64,000 bases of DNA from the human T2T-CHM13v2.0 reference genome, Homo sapiens (GCF_009914755.1 NC_060947.1); one strand, 5' to 3'; shown: positions 1 through 18,200, counted from the stretch's first letter. Notes: generated by a model not told the origin, from the letters alone. Translations and numbers: made by a program.

Positions 1-439
1 CAGTAATTACTGGCTGCCCTTCTAAGTCCTGTGCTCCCTACCCCTGGAAGTGGGGCTACCTGGATAGGAAGGTCCATTCCCACACTAAGATGCTGAAATT
101 CTAAAATTGTATGAAATATAGTATCTTTGAAAAATTAACCAACTACTTTATAAGAATATTAATTTCCTAAGACTTTGCCACTGTATGCTTATTCTCTTCC
201 TATTCTTGCGGCAGGCCTTAAACTCTACCTTGCTCTGTGTTTACTTTAACAAATTTATGTTTTTTCTGACCTTTGAAGCTCTTCCTACTTTACTTTATTC
301 TTACCATTCCTTTCAGTTCTTCAAGCCCTTGTCAACTTGCTCAACTGACCTGAGGCAGCGTGGGATTGGAGCATGAGCTTGGGATTTAGAGGCAGATAGC
401 CTGTGTTTGAGTTCCCTACACTACTTACTGTCTTTATTG

Positions 440-1500
440 TTATATCATTTGCAAATTACAGAAAGTCCAGTGATCAGAGGCTTAATGAAAGAAACTTTAT
501 TTTTGTGTCAGGGAGTCCCCAAGAACCATCCCCAGGTTTGATGATTGGCTAGGAAGACTTATGGGACTCAGCATATAGTTGTATTCATGGCCGTGATGTA
601 TTGCAATGAAAGAGTACAAGAATAAAATCAGGAAAGGAAAAAGGCACATGGGGTGGAAGTCCAGGGGTAAGCAGGCACAGTAGAGTCACACAGGACGTGC
701 TTAATTCCTCTAGCAAGGAGTTGTGACAACACGTGTGAGATGCTGTCTTCCAGGGAAGCTCATTAGAGACTCAGTGCCCAGGACTTTTACTGGGGACTGG
801 TCGTATAGGTATCCTCTGCCTGCCACATATCCAAATTCCAGACCCCACAAGGAAAGCGGGAGTTCAGCATAAACCACAATGAGGCATTCTTAGCAGTTTA
901 AGAAATGGTGGGAGCCCTCCCGAAATCTAAGTTCCCGGACACCCAGCCAGTGGCCAACCTTGAAAGCAAGCCTTTCCAAGGACAGCAGTCTCAGGCCTGC
1001 CATGTTAATGCTTTTCTGCAGAGTCTCCAAGAAATGTGGGGATGGGAGGGAGGTCCCAGGGTCAGTTCCATGGCTCAACGATATGATCAGGGAACCAATC
1101 TCTTCCACGCTTCCTCTCCTTCATCCATAGTGAGTTGGTTTCCATCCTCAGGCTGATCACTTCAGGCTCACAAGACAGCAACTGCAGTAGAAAGGGAGGA
1201 CGAGGACTCTCCCCATAGCTCCCTTTTTATTAAGAAAGAGAATGTTTCTGGATGCCGACTTGCAGGTGTCCCCTTAAATTTCTTGGGGTGGAGCTGTCAC
1301 ATGGCTTTTCTAAGCTTCACGGGACTCTCAGCAAGTATGTGGCAGAGATCCTGACAGAGGTAGTGCCATTACCTTCTTTGGTGTGGACTTGTCAAGATTC
1401 ATTCTCTGGGGCTGGCCACATGGGCACGCATCAAAATTGGGGTGGTTTTAACAAGGCAGAAGAGATGGGCTACTGGCTGGGCAGCCAGCAAGATCTGCCC
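440..1500 (-). mobile_element. Old MaLR LTR (MLT1-type), interrupted by the MER77-like LTR
   Basis: Degenerate MLT1 motifs (ggcttaa..tttatttt; tcacatggc; tggggctgg; aaaattggggt..aacaagg) on both sides of 504-1022. Confidence 0.5.
504..1022 (-). mobile_element. Solo LTR, MER77/MER21-type
   Basis: Begins TGTGTCAGGGAGTCCCCAAGAACCATCCCCAGGTTTGATGATT and ends CAGGCCTGCCATGTTAATGCTTTTCTGCAGA on the + strand, typical of this family. Confidence 0.7.
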
Positions 1501-1813
1501 CTATCACATAGGACAAATCATTTTTCCTCTGTGAGCCTCAGCTTCCCTTTTTTTGAACTGGGCAGATTATTCCTTCTCCTTGTCCCAGGAAGGTTATGAG
1601 AATAAAACATGGCATAATTAAAATGAAGGTAAAATAACTACTTTAAATGTTAGCTGTCGGCCCCCACCTTCCAGCAGGTCGCTAAGTCGTATTCAGATAC
1701 ATTTGAATTTGACTTCCTTTTCTTTGGCGCTACTTCGTTTCAGACCCTCACTTTATGGACTGAAGTGGACATTGTACTCCTGTTACTTCCTGTTAACTCC
1801 TATCTTAGTTTCA

Positions 1814-1978
<165 letters not shown>

Positions 1979-2483
1979 TCAAAATAAAAACTGTCTTCAA
2001 CGTGGTGTCAGCTGATCTCTTTGCAAAATTAATAAATCACTTCTTGTCTTTATGGACTTCTTCCCTGAAAATCTCTTGTCATGCTCTCCATCTCACTCCC
2101 AGGCCACTCTAATAACTCTCTGGAGACAGTTCTCCCTCCATGCTGCCACATCTGCTTAATGAATAATCTTGTTCCTCTTTTTGTCTTTGATTCTCTATTT
2201 ATTTGTTTTGCTTTAGAGATGGACGTTCCTGGAGGGCAAGAACTTGTGCTTTCTCAGATATTCAGTGTGTTCAGTAAACTCCATCCATGGAGTCATTAAA
2301 ATCTAAGGAATGCAATGATTATGCTAAAATACCAGTTTTTAAATGACAGTTCTCCCTTGGAATAAAAATCATTGTTTGAATTCAAAATATGTTTCTGAGG
2401 AAGGGATAAAAGGAATTTATTTCCAAAAGAACCCTCTTCTTTTGGAACTTTAGATTTGTTTCTCTGACTGCAAAGCATGGTTT

Positions 2484-3094
2484 TGTTCCTGGACCAAACT
2501 GAGGGTCAGGCTGCTATTTCTCGTGGCCCAATAACAAGATGCAGGTCAACTGGGAAGGAAGAGAGTTTTTATTTCTGTAAGTGGCTCCAGGGAGAAGGCC
2601 TGGAAATTATCACCAGACCAACGCAAAATTAGAAAGTTTTCCAGAGCTTATATACCTTCTAAGCTATACGTCTACGTGTTAAGTGTGCACTCATCTAAAG
2701 ACATAAGTGATTAACTTCTTTTAATCTGTAACTAAGGTCTGAGTCCTGAAGACCTTCCTCTGGAGCCTCAGTAAATTTACTTAATCTAACTGGGTCCAGG
2801 TGCTGAGGTGATTACCCTTATCTTGTCTCCTGCTAAATCATGGAGGTTTGGGGAGTTCCTTCAGACCCCCAATCAACTTGTTTGTGGAGGCCTGGGGAGT
2901 CTCTTCAGACCCCCCAGTAAAACTTACTTAATCGTGCTTTAAGGTTCAGGAAAGTCCTAGGCAAAACTCTTGGGCTTTTGTTACATCCCAGCCTTTGTAT
3001 AAGGTCACTGGCTTTTAATATTTAACTTAACCACTCAGTCAGTACTGAAACAGTTGTGATGGAAGCCTATGTTAGTGAGTCCTGGCCTGCCGCA
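2484..3094 (-). mobile_element. 3' LTR (PABL_A-like)
   Basis: Minus strand starts TGCGGCAGGCCAGGACTCACTAAC and ends CCCTCAGTTTGGTCCAGGAACA, resembling the PABL_A consensus from memory. Confidence 0.75.
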
Positions 3095-3846
3095 ATCCCC
3101 ACTGTCAATTTGCGCATGATTTCTATCATGCTTGTATATTTATTTATCATGAGAATCGTAGGGAGATGGGGCATCATAATCTTTCTGGCTACTTTTTGCT
3201 TAGAGGGGCTCATCATTATGGGGCACTGAATGCAGCACTGAAGTAGAAGAGGTCAACTTGTTCCCGGTAGCACTCTCTGTTTCAGAGGCTTAGAGGCAGC
3301 ACCTGCTGAAACATAATAGTATGTAACAGCAACACATATAAATAGGTTACTGCTGTTTTCTTCTGAAGTTTAAGTTGTCTGGTCTTCAGTTCACAGGGCT
3401 TTAAGAAAGCACAGCTTAGGTTTCAGTGATTTCCAAATAGGAAAAATGGGGAAAAAGGAAAAGGAAAAGGAAAAATTGAAAACATTATTTTGAAGACCTG
3501 TGGCCAGAAAAATTAGAATTTAATCCAAACTGTGGAAAAAAATAAAAACTGAAAAACATCAGGCATAGAATTTAACAACAGGTATACTATAGTTTTTGAA
3601 ACAAAATTTTTCTCTCTCTAGTTTCCTATTTTTATTAGAAGACAAATCATGGTAGGACCAATTTGCTTTATTGTACTTGGCCAGATTATTTGTATAAAGT
3701 GCAGCAAGAAAAATCATTTTCTTTTAAAATAAAATTTTTTTATTTAATATATATTTTAAAAATTAAAAAAAAAAAAAACAGGCTTTGATGGAACTTTGTT
3801 CCATAGAAGGAATCTGAGATAAGACTTTTTTTTTTTTTTTTTTTGA

Positions 3847-4005
<159 letters not shown>

Positions 4006-4741
4006 TAGTAGAGAGGGGGTTTCTCCATGTTGGTCAGGCTGGTCTCAAACTCCTGACCTCAGGTGATCCACCCACCTCGGCCTCCCGAAGTGCTGGGATT
4101 ACAGAAGTGAGCCACCTTACCTGGTAAGATAAGACCTTTTTAAAGCCAAGCCCAGCCATGGATTTGTACCATGAAATACCTATGACTTGGGTGAATTCCT
4201 CTCCTCTTGAGGTCCCAAGATAACTTGGGGTTCCTGGCCTGTCAGAAGGTGACATTCTTTACTTACCACAGATCAGAAACCCTGTACAGGGACTGTACAC
4301 AAAATATGAGGGCAGTTTTCCAAGGGTTTTCTTGGCTCCCTAAGTCAAGTTTGATTCATTAAAGGAAAACACACCATTCCAGTTAAAGCCTTGGTAAAAT
4401 AACAAGTTTTTCCAGTTGTGTCCTGTTATAAATGAAAACAGATTCTTATTGAACTTATGCAAATAACTATATTGCCATAATTAAGAATACTCACAAATAG
4501 TTTCCAAATTCTGGAGAAAATTGGGTAGAAACAAATATGCTCCACATTTTGTTCATGGGAGTATACTAAATTGTTAAAAGCTGTCAGTAGCTCAGAAGAA
4601 AAGTTTCCTTGACTCTGAAAAGTAAAACAAAGGATTAGCAATATTTTAAGCAAAAACTCAAAAAGATCACTCCAGTCTCCTATTCAGTTCATGCAGTTAA
4701 TTCCTGTCCTGCTTGATATTAATGAACATGTTAGCTCTTCA

Positions 4742-5255
<514 letters not shown>

Positions 5256-5360
5256 TCACGCCTGTAATCCTAGCACTTTGGGAGGCTGAGGTGTGTGGAT
5301 TGCCTGAGCTCAGGAGTTTGTGACCACTCCAGGCAACACAGTGAAACCCCGTCTCTACTA

Positions 5361-5648
<288 letters not shown>

Positions 5649-5986
5649 TCACATGATTTTGGAACACATACCAATAACATATTTACACATATATGGCCCA
5701 AAGAAAGTCAAACCCCATTTTATATTTGGCAATGCTTCCTGTGTGGTTTTTGGTACTAAATAAGCCAAATTTCACCTTTACGTTAGTGTACTATTAATGT
5801 TAAACCAAATTCTTATTAAAACCTCATAGACATATTGACACAATTTTAATGTTTGACCATAAGGTAAGATTTTTATAGATCTTTTATAACCCTTTATAAT
5901 TTTCGTTGAAGAGCAGGTTAGTGCTTTCAAAGAAACCTGTTATGCTTTTATTTTATTGATTTTATCGATTTTTTTTTTTTTTTTAG

Positions 5987-6184
<198 letters not shown>

Positions 6185-6574
6185 TGAACTCCTGACCTTG
6201 TGATCTGCCCACCTTGGCCTCCCAAAGTGCAGGGATTACAGGCATGAGCCACTGCGCCCAGCCTATGTGCTTTTATTTTAATACTCAATTTACAGAAAAA
6301 CTAGATGATACTCTTTTAACTTTAGCCAGTATGTTTACACACAGAATTTCCTTTACAATCAATCTTCCACAACTTGCTTAAACCTTCATCTTTATTTTAT
6401 CCAACTTAAAACAATCCTTTAACCTTTTAATCTAGGCAAAAATCCACATTTTCATGCCTCCTTATAATCTTTTTACCAAAAGCATATTTTACTTTCCTTG
6501 TAAATATGCTTTTTACCAAAAGCATATTTTACTTTTCCATGTAAAACTTTCTTCAGGCCGGGCACAGTGGCTCA

Positions 6575-6900
<326 letters not shown>

Positions 6901-7849
6901 TTAACTCTTAGCAACCTTTACTTTTGGTGAAAACCTTGGTAAGTTTGGGATTTTATGTACTAGGTGTGGAGCCTAAGATGTAGACAGAAGTGCAGATAAG
7001 GTCTGACTTATTCCAGCATCTAACTCCATGTGTCCCAGGCCTTATCTAGCTGTAAAGCAGGCAAGTTGTACAGCTGAGAGTCATAGTGGCATTTTATAAA
7101 GCATTTAAGAGACCTAATCACCTTTAAATTGTACAATATTTGTTGCATAAATTCCGTTTCATAAATTCTTTCACAACTTACACAGACAAGCTATGACATA
7201 CCTTGACTTTCTGACTTGTCCTAAGCATCCCTCTTTTTAAACATCCAGTTACTTTACTTTAGGACAAGAATTTGCCATACAAGGTCCTTTCTTATATAAA
7301 ATCTCTTTTCTCTAATACCTTTTGCATAGCTAGGGGGCTTGGCTAATTTCACATGTCTCCAGGCCTTTTCTAGAATCTAATGCTACAAAATAAATCAAAC
7401 AATGTTTAAGTCAAAGAAGCAGTTTATGATGCAAAGCATTTAGCAAACCTAATATTTGACCTGCATAATTTAGACCAAATGCTTACATTTTGAAGATATT
7501 TTATTTTACCAGTAATCTTTAAAACTGTCTTTATTTTTATAACTTTCTTTATATCTCTCTTATTTCCTGGTTTCTTTTACCATGTTTTATATATAACCTT
7601 TAAATAAGCTTTGAGTTAGACAAAAATTAGTTACCCTTTAAAAAGGACACAATGTTTAGAAAGAATATTTTCCTACAATATATTTTTATTGGAAAATACC
7701 CAAATAATGAAATATCTGTTATTTAATATAACTTTAGATTCAAAATTATGACATTTGTTATGAGTATCCCATTACATTTATCTAATTATTTATTTTAATC
7801 ATTTACCTAGATTATTTATGAAAACTGCAGTAGTCATCATTGAAAGTTA

Positions 7850-8060
7850 TGAGACCACCATTGCAAAATTATAGCTGAGACAGTGAAAGTGATCTGCCGT
7901 AACTGACTCCATCTTGCTTCTAACCTCCAAGCTATTCTTGTTCATTAACTTAGTTTATAGTTTAGCTTTGAAACAAAGATGATAACCGTCCTTTCCCAGA
8001 ACAAACTTCCTTTATGTCTGTGGACTAGACTGCCTAAGGCCACAAGATCAGAGGTTAGGG
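7850..8060 (+). mobile_element. LTR8-like fragment inside the provirus interior
   Basis: TGAGACCACCATTGCAAAATT...AACTGACTCCATCTTGCTTCT, homologous to the start of the LTR at 44091. Confidence 0.65.
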
Positions 8061-8132
8061 TATTTTACTAAATAATTCAAGATGTAGCTATCTTCATTAA
8101 ACCAATATCAGTGTTTTATTTATTAAAAATTA

Positions 8133-8420
<288 letters not shown>

Positions 8421-9267
8421 TCAAAAAAAAAAAAATTACACAGCAAAGTTCACTCTGTTTTGGGCTGAGTTATCGTTTTGTAGCCTCTATGCCAAATTTT
8501 GATACCTTATAGTATTTGGCAGAGATAAGTATGAAATTGCTTGATCAATAAATGTAAACAAAAATATATGCTGGCAACTCCGAAGACATTTCTAATATTA
8601 CTTTACCAGTAATTTTTAAAGCTAGCTTATTTATTAAAGATTTTACTTAAGTCACATAAACTTGAAAAAGCATTTGACTAGTCTTTCTTTTTTTCTGTTA
8701 AAGTATTTAAGCACTTCTATTTTTCTGTGAGCCAACTAATTAGAACTCTTTCGTATATTTTCAGTAGTGAAATAGTTTGGTCATGCTTTAAGGTTCAGGA
8801 AAGGCCTAGGCAAAAAACTCTTGAGCTTTTGTTACATTCCAGCCTTTGCATAAGGTCACTGGCTTTTTTTTTTTTTTTTTTTGAGACGGAGTCTCGCTCT
8901 GTCACCCAGGCGCCCAGCTAATGTTTTGTATTTTTAGTAGAGACGGGGTTTCACCATGTTAGCCAGGATGGTCTCGATCTCCTGACCTCGTGATCTGCCC
9001 GCCTCGGCCTCCCAAAGTGCTGGGATTACAGGCGTGAGCCACCGCGCCCAGCCCGGTCACTGGCTTTTAATATTTAACTTAACCACTCAGTCAGTACTGA
9101 AACAGTTGTGATGAAGGCCTATATTAGTGAGACCTGGCCTGCAACAGTTTTATAAACTAGTGTGGCTGTCTACCCATTTTATCATACCACTCTGTACAAG
9201 TAGAGTAGTCATAACTAAAGAGAAATGAGTGATTTCACTCAATCTTAGCATTTGTTCTGTCACTCCC

Positions 9268-9800
9268 CATTCATCCATTCAACAAGTACGTACTGGTCAC
9301 TGGTCATCCGCTGGGGATACAGTGGGGTATCAGACAGCCCAGGTCCCTGCACTCATGGGGCTCAGCATGGGCTTTCAGTCTGGCTGAGAAGACATTCACC
9401 AAGTAATCGGTAGAGTGTTTTGAAGATTGTTGATCAGGCAACAGTCTTCAAAACACAGGATGTGCGGAGGGAACACATCTCAGGACATCCATCGTAGTCA
9501 AGGGAATATTTCCTAAGGAGAAGGGATATTTAAGTGGAGACCCACAGCATATGGAGAGTTAGCCAGATAAAGAGAGAGCAGACAAAAATGTTTCAAACCA
9601 AGGAGGCCTCCTTGGAGGTAGTGAAGAATTTCCATGTGATCATATGACTGTAGACTGGGAAGAAGGAGAAAGATGAGAACTAGACCAGAGATAAGTAGCA
9701 AGTAGCTTCCTGTGGTATGTCCTAGGGGTGTTTTGTTGGGGTTGACAGATAAACACTACCAGACACAATGGGAGGAAGTAGATTTTTAAATGGGAAGCTG
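9268..9800 (-). mobile_element. L2 3' fragment
   Basis: cattcatccattcaacaagta...ctggggatacagtgg...ccctgcactcatggggctca, the typical L2 3' end. Confidence 0.6.
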
Positions 9801-10204
9801 GTGAAAGGATCATTCAGATGGAGTGATAATATTACTGGCTCCCAGACACCTATACAGTCTGCTGGTTTCCTGGAAGTAATACCACCCACAGAATGAGGAT
9901 GGAATCTGTTGTGCAGAGCTCTCTTTGCCATTCTTATGGGACCTTCTCCACCTGCCTGCCCCTTCAACAGGTGTAAGTAAGAGAGGCAAGACCGCCCTAA
10001 TGTGCCAGCTATTTCTCATGAGAGGAGGATGTCAATTGCCTGGGAGCATCCCCCAGCAGGTCCAGCTTCAAGACCTGCCTCAAGTCTCTTTCAGCAGCCT
10101 GGATTCTGTAGGATGTGGACTTTGAAATGATATTTGTCTACAAATTAGCCCTTTTTTTTTTTTTTTAGACGGAGTCTCGCTCTGTTGCCCAGGCTAGAGT
10201 GTAG

Positions 10205-10447
<243 letters not shown>

Positions 10448-10565
10448 TGACACATGTCTTTTCACATCTTCCAGAAAGCTAATTCTGTGGTTTTGTTTTG
10501 TAAAAACTGGAAGTTTTATGGGTTCCACTTTTAATCTTGTTCTACTTATTTGCTCATTATTATTA

Positions 10566-10820
<255 letters not shown>

Positions 10821-11116
10821 TCACGCCACTGCACTCCAGCCTGGGTGACAGAGTGAGACTTCATCTCAAAAAAAAAAAAAAAAAGATTTCTGTTTCTACT
10901 AGGGCTTGCCAAGATTTCTATTTCTTATTTAAAATTCCCCCAGATTTATCATGGGACATGTTAATTTGAGAAAGGAGGGGCATTTTTTCTTTGAACAGGA
11001 GGGAAGGAGGAGAAAATAAAGATGGCATACATGAGATCTAGAAAGGAAGAAAAGTATAAAGGAGCCTTGTTCTTCCTGGCAAAGTAGGAGGGTAGATTAT
11101 TTACTGAGATAAATTA

Positions 11117-11567
<451 letters not shown>

Positions 11568-11708
11568 TCATCACTGTCAGTGCTTCTCATTACTTGTTTC
11601 AGGTCCTTATGAACAAGGAACATGCCCTAATGCTTTAGATTCTCATAAGATCTCTTTAAGGGAAAAATCTCAAACATAATAACCACAGATTCTTTTTATT
11701 CTTTACAG

Positions 11709-11827
11709 ACTATTTATTTAACTTTGCATCTGCTGCCACAAAAAAGATAACTGAATCAGTTGCTGAAACAGCACAAACAATAAAGAAATCCGTAGAAGAA
11801 GGAAAAATAGATGGCATCATTGACAAG
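11709..11827 (+). CDS. SYAP1: SYAP1 (synapse-associated protein 1 / BSTA) coding exon 2
   Basis: Acceptor tttacag|ac, donor AAG|gtatat; 119 nt, phase 1 to 0; encodes (N)[39 protein letters not shown], matching the human SYAP1 protein as I recall it. Confidence 0.96.
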
Positions 11828-12064
11828 GTATATTCAATTATCTTTTGGAAGTAGAAATGTATGAAATTCATTGTTTCCTCTTGATGGTTTCTTCTTCTTA
11901 TGAACATTTTTTAACCTAAGTAGAATATCATATTCTGATAAAAATGTTAATTGTTGAGATTTTTGGTTTTTTCCTCTCTTTGAATAACAAGTAAGTATCA
12001 TTAAATTACAGTACTTGATTTAAATAGCTGTTTTTATTTTAATATATTACAATCAATACATTGA

Positions 12065-12434
<370 letters not shown>

Positions 12435-12647
12435 TAACTGTTTGAGGATATATTTATGCCTTTGCATCATGCGACTAAGGTCCTAGCCCATTAGGAACAA
12501 CCCTTTTAAGACTCTAAGGAGTGAGTTTGTTTTTTGCAGTGGGCCTATGGCATTTCATTTATGTTGGTAGATATTTGAACTAAGGAAGTCATCAATTAAA
12601 CCTTAGATACATTGCTATTTAATTTGACTATGTATTTTTTTTAACAG

Positions 12648-12714
12648 ACAATTATAGGAGATTTTCAGAAGGAACAGAAAAAATTTGTTGAAGAGCAACA
12701 TACAAAGAAGTCAG
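12648..12714 (+). CDS. SYAP1: SYAP1 coding exon 3
   Basis: Acceptor ttttaacag|aca, donor TCAG|gtatgg; 67 nt; TIIGDFQKEQKKFVEEQHTKKS; frame continuous with exon 2. Confidence 0.96.
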
Positions 12715-12965
12715 GTATGGTATAGGTTTGTCTTAATTAACCTGCCAGGTTTTATTGAGCACCTGTTATGTGCTAGATACCACACTGAGGGTCTGAGAAC
12801 ACAAAAATGCATATGCAATGGCCCCATCCTTTGGGTAGCACAAAGACTAGTGAGGGAGACAAACCCATAAACTTCCATGATTTAAAGGAAGGGACTAGAT
12901 TGTTTCTGGGTGAGGGCTGCCAGTGCTGGCCCCACTGGGGAGCTGGCTGTGAAAGGGGCAAGTAA

Positions 12966-13226
<261 letters not shown>

Positions 13227-14227
13227 TGATCCGCCCGCCTTAGCCTCCCAAAGTGCTGGGATTATAGGCATGAGCCACTGCACCTGGCCTCAGTTCTGAC
13301 TTTCTACCACATGCCCAGCACAGAGCACAGTATGCACATGACCGGCATTTAGCAAGTGGTGGCTCCGTTCCTGCTGTCTTCAGGAGAAAAAATGGAAGAG
13401 CTTCCGAGGGAGGCGAGTGACCGCACCTGCAGTGACAGAGGGCCGTAAAGAGTCTCGGGTGTTTGGAGAACATACTCAATACATTACTGCTGACACATGC
13501 CTCTGAAGTTATAAGGCCTCAGCATGCCTACTCTTACCATTTTGTAGCACCCAAACACAAAACCAGCCTCGTGTCTTTAGATTTGGCAAAAGTAGTATAA
13601 CTGTAATCCCAACACTTTGGCAGGCCAAGGCGGGAGGATCACTTGAGCCTGAACTTCGAGACCAGCCTGGGCAACATAGTGAGACCCTATCTCTACAAAA
13701 AAATAAAAAGAAATTAGCCAGATGGGTGTGGTGGTGCACACCTGTAGTCCCAGCTACTTGGGAGGTTGAGACAGGAGGATCACTTGAGCTTGGGAGTTTG
13801 AGGCTGTAGTGAGCTATAATCATGCCAGTGTACTCCAGCCTGGACTACAGAGTGAGACCCTGTCTCAAAAAAAAAGTAGTAGAAAACAATTCAGTTCGAG
13901 TTGTGCCACAGTTAATCCCATGGTGAATTTCCATCAGGCATTCTTGCACCTAGGTAAACTCAAAAGCATGAGCAACTCTTTTAGACAAGTGAGGTATACA
14001 AGTTAGCATCACTTAGTGATTATTTGGAAGCAGCAAAAGTGATCCTGGCTTGGGGACTTGCTGTAGGAGCTGATGCCTCTGAGATACGAACTGTGAGGGC
14101 GTGGGGGTGGAAGGTTTGGAGGCAACTTCAGTTTTGAAGTGAGTTAGACATCCCGGAGATAGGAACATGTAGAAAGACAGGAAAGAGAACACAAGTGCTT
14201 TATCTGGGGAAAATTTCCTTCTTTTTT

Positions 14228-14345
14228 TGCATCAGCCACGTTTCAGGTCCTCGATAACTACATATGGCTAATGGCTTCCGCACTGGACAATGCAGATATA
14301 GAACATTTTTGTCATTGCAGAAAGTTCGTTTGCTCAGTGTGGCTC
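14228..14345. mobile_element. MER3-like hAT-Charlie fragment
   Basis: gccacgtttcagg...tggacaatgcagatatagaacatt...cattgcagaaagttc. Confidence 0.6.
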
Positions 14346-14601
14346 TGAATTAAATAAGCAGGCTCCTGCAGCAGTTTATTCCTGTTTGAAGCATGAAGCA
14401 GAATTCAATCTAGTGATATAGATTATTATCAAGTCACATAAAAACCATGAGAGTAGATGAGCTCCTCTATGGAAAGTGTGTCAAGCATGAAGGGAGATGA
14501 GCAGAAGCTCCACAGTGTTTAGGGAGGGGAAGAGGGGAAGGAATTGACATCACTGAGTGCCTGCTGAGCAGCAGGCATTTTATATATAACATCTCATTTC
14601 A

Positions 14602-14952
<351 letters not shown>

Positions 14953-15017
14953 TCAGCTGGTAAGTGATGAAACTGAAATTTGCCTTCAAAACCAAATACA
15001 AAAATTAGCTGGGCCTA

Positions 15018-15287
<270 letters not shown>

Positions 15288-15924
15288 TTACAATGACCAT
15301 GAGAAGGGCACCTTGGAAATGTGTTCCATGCATTTCTTCACTTCATAATCACAGTAACTCTATAAAGTACTTACTGTTACCTCCGTTTTCCAGATAAGGA
15401 AACTGGCCTAGAGAGAAGAGAACTAAGAAGTGTCCTTGGGGTTGGAGAACCAAGAGGTTTTGGTCACTCTAAAAAGAATAATTTCAGGAACTCGGGGTGG
15501 GGAGCATCTCCTCATACAAGTATCTTAGGAGGGCCTCATTATCTGAGCATAAATAGCACCAGGAGAGACTACCCAAGGTGAAGAGACTTGGAATGGAGAC
15601 TAAAGTGTGTGAGAAAAAATGTTTTGGGGGCTTTACCCTAATTTTTTCTTTAAAATGTGCAAATATGTTTAGATTATCTTATCATTAATAGAATTTGGAT
15701 TATAATTGCCACCATTTGCTGACTTGGGATAAGCCAAAGAATGAAGCGTGTGCTCATCTGCCTATCCATCCCTGTGTCCATCCACACATGCATGTAACTT
15801 TTCTCTCAGTGGGCTCGTGATATGATATGTCTTCCCTCTGACTCAGAGCATAATAGTAAAGGGACTATTTCTGCCAAAATATTCCAGGACAGCAAAGCAT
15901 TTGCTCTCCAAGGGCCTGCCTTAA

Positions 15925-16156
<232 letters not shown>

Positions 16157-16994
16157 TAGGTGCCCTAACTGCCAGGTCCTCCTTATTGTTTGCTTTGTGG
16201 TGATGCAGGCAGCTATCCCATGTCACTTTACTTTGACTTTGTGAAGCACCGTGTGTTTTGCAAGATTTGCCTTTTCACTTTGTGTTGCAAGACCAGTAGG
16301 GCTAGAATCTAGTGTTAAGGCAGCAGGAGTGATTCAGTGGCTTATGAATTAGTCCACATTTTTGTGACTTCTGCTTCCCATCCTAATCTTGCCGCTGTGG
16401 GTTGCTGAATGAGGCTATTAAGGGCCCCCTGCCTGTGTGTCTTCTGTGCCGATCACGCAGATCTGCAGCCTTCACTCTGCTCTCTAGCTGCTCCGTGCTG
16501 CTTACATGGGAGAGATCTTCAGACGAGCTTGCCATTGTTTTTGTTTCCACTCTAAACACCCCCACCCCCATCCACCACTGACCTCCTCTTCCTAGTCCAA
16601 GATTGGGCTCCTAGGTCACCAGAAAATCTTGTAGTTCTCACCTCTCCAGAGGGTTGTCATTTGTCACCTGGCACGGCACTTACAGTGCTGGATTCTAATC
16701 ACCTCTATCTTGTGAGCCCCAGAAAAACATGGGCTAGATCTTGGCATTCCCAGCATTTAGCTTCTAACGGCTTATTGAGGATTTGATTCCAGCCCTATTG
16801 TTTACTGCCTCCAACTTGTGCATTTCTTTTTTTTTTTTTTTTTTTAGCTCCTGAAAACCCTCTTCTTATTCCTAATCACCTGTCTTACAACATCACCTTT
16901 TATCATGAATCAAGTACAGTAACTTTCTTTTTTTTTCCTCCAGAAATATACTTACCCATTTTTCTTTCATTTTTTTAAGTAACTTTCTAAAAAT

Positions 16995-17670
16995 TTTTCT
17001 ATTTGGAAAAAATTTTAATTTACAGAAGAGTCGCAAGAATAAAAATAGTACAGAGAACACCCATATACCAGTACCTAAATTGCTCTAGCTTTATTCTGTT
17101 TGCCTTATTCACGCCCTCTCTCCAGCTCTTGCTGTGTGTGTGCCCTTTTTTTCCTTGTGTGTACACAAATGTTCAGTACACATTTCCTAAGAATTAGGGA
17201 TATTCTCTTTCATAATCATAGTATAGTTAACGGCATTAGGAAATTTCACCTTGATGCAATACTTTACTGTTCATCAGTTAATTTTGTTAGTTGACCCAGT
17301 AATGTCCTTTATAACATTTGTCCCCCTCGTATAGGATCCAGTTGAGGATAAGGTATTGTATTCTTTGTCATGTCTCTCAGCCTTCTTTAATCAGGAACAT
17401 TCCAACATCCTTTCTTTGTCTTTTATGATATTAATATTTTTGAAGAATACTTCTCTTCCTTTTTTTTAATAGATTCTTTCTCATTCAGGCTTTATCTGAT
17501 ATTTCCTCATAACTAGACTCAGATTGTCCATTTTTAGCCAGCATACTACATAGGTGATGATGTCCTTCTCAAGATACCACATCTGGAAGGCCATGATGTT
17601 CATCTCTCCCTCATTGTTGATTTTGATCACCTGATTAAGGAGTTGTCCAGTTTCTCCACTGTATCATTTA
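16995..17670 (-). mobile_element. Old L1 (L1MC-type) 3' end
   Basis: aattttaatttacagaagagtcgcaagaat...agtacagagaac and tttatctgatatttcctcat motifs. Confidence 0.6.
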
Positions 17671-17847
17671 AGTAGAGTTTTTTGGTTTTTGTTTTTTTTC
17701 TGAGACAGGGTCTCAACTCTGTCACCCAGGCTGAAATGCAATGGCGGAATCACAGCTCACTACAGCCTTGACTCCTGGGTTCAGGTGATCCTCCCGCCTC
17801 AGCCTCCCAAGTAGCTGGGACTACAGGCACGCACAACGTCTGGCTAA

Positions 17848-18024
<177 letters not shown>

Positions 18025-18200
18025 TAACTCATAATAATAAGTCTGGTTATTACGGTTAATGTTCATATTTGGAACTTATTGGTAAATTGCTACTTTTAGT
18101 GGTCATGCAGAAACTTTCATGCTTTGAAACCATAGACTGCAGTGTAACCATCATGACCTATTTTTTTCTCTTTTCTTCTTTGCCATTAAAAACTGTATAG

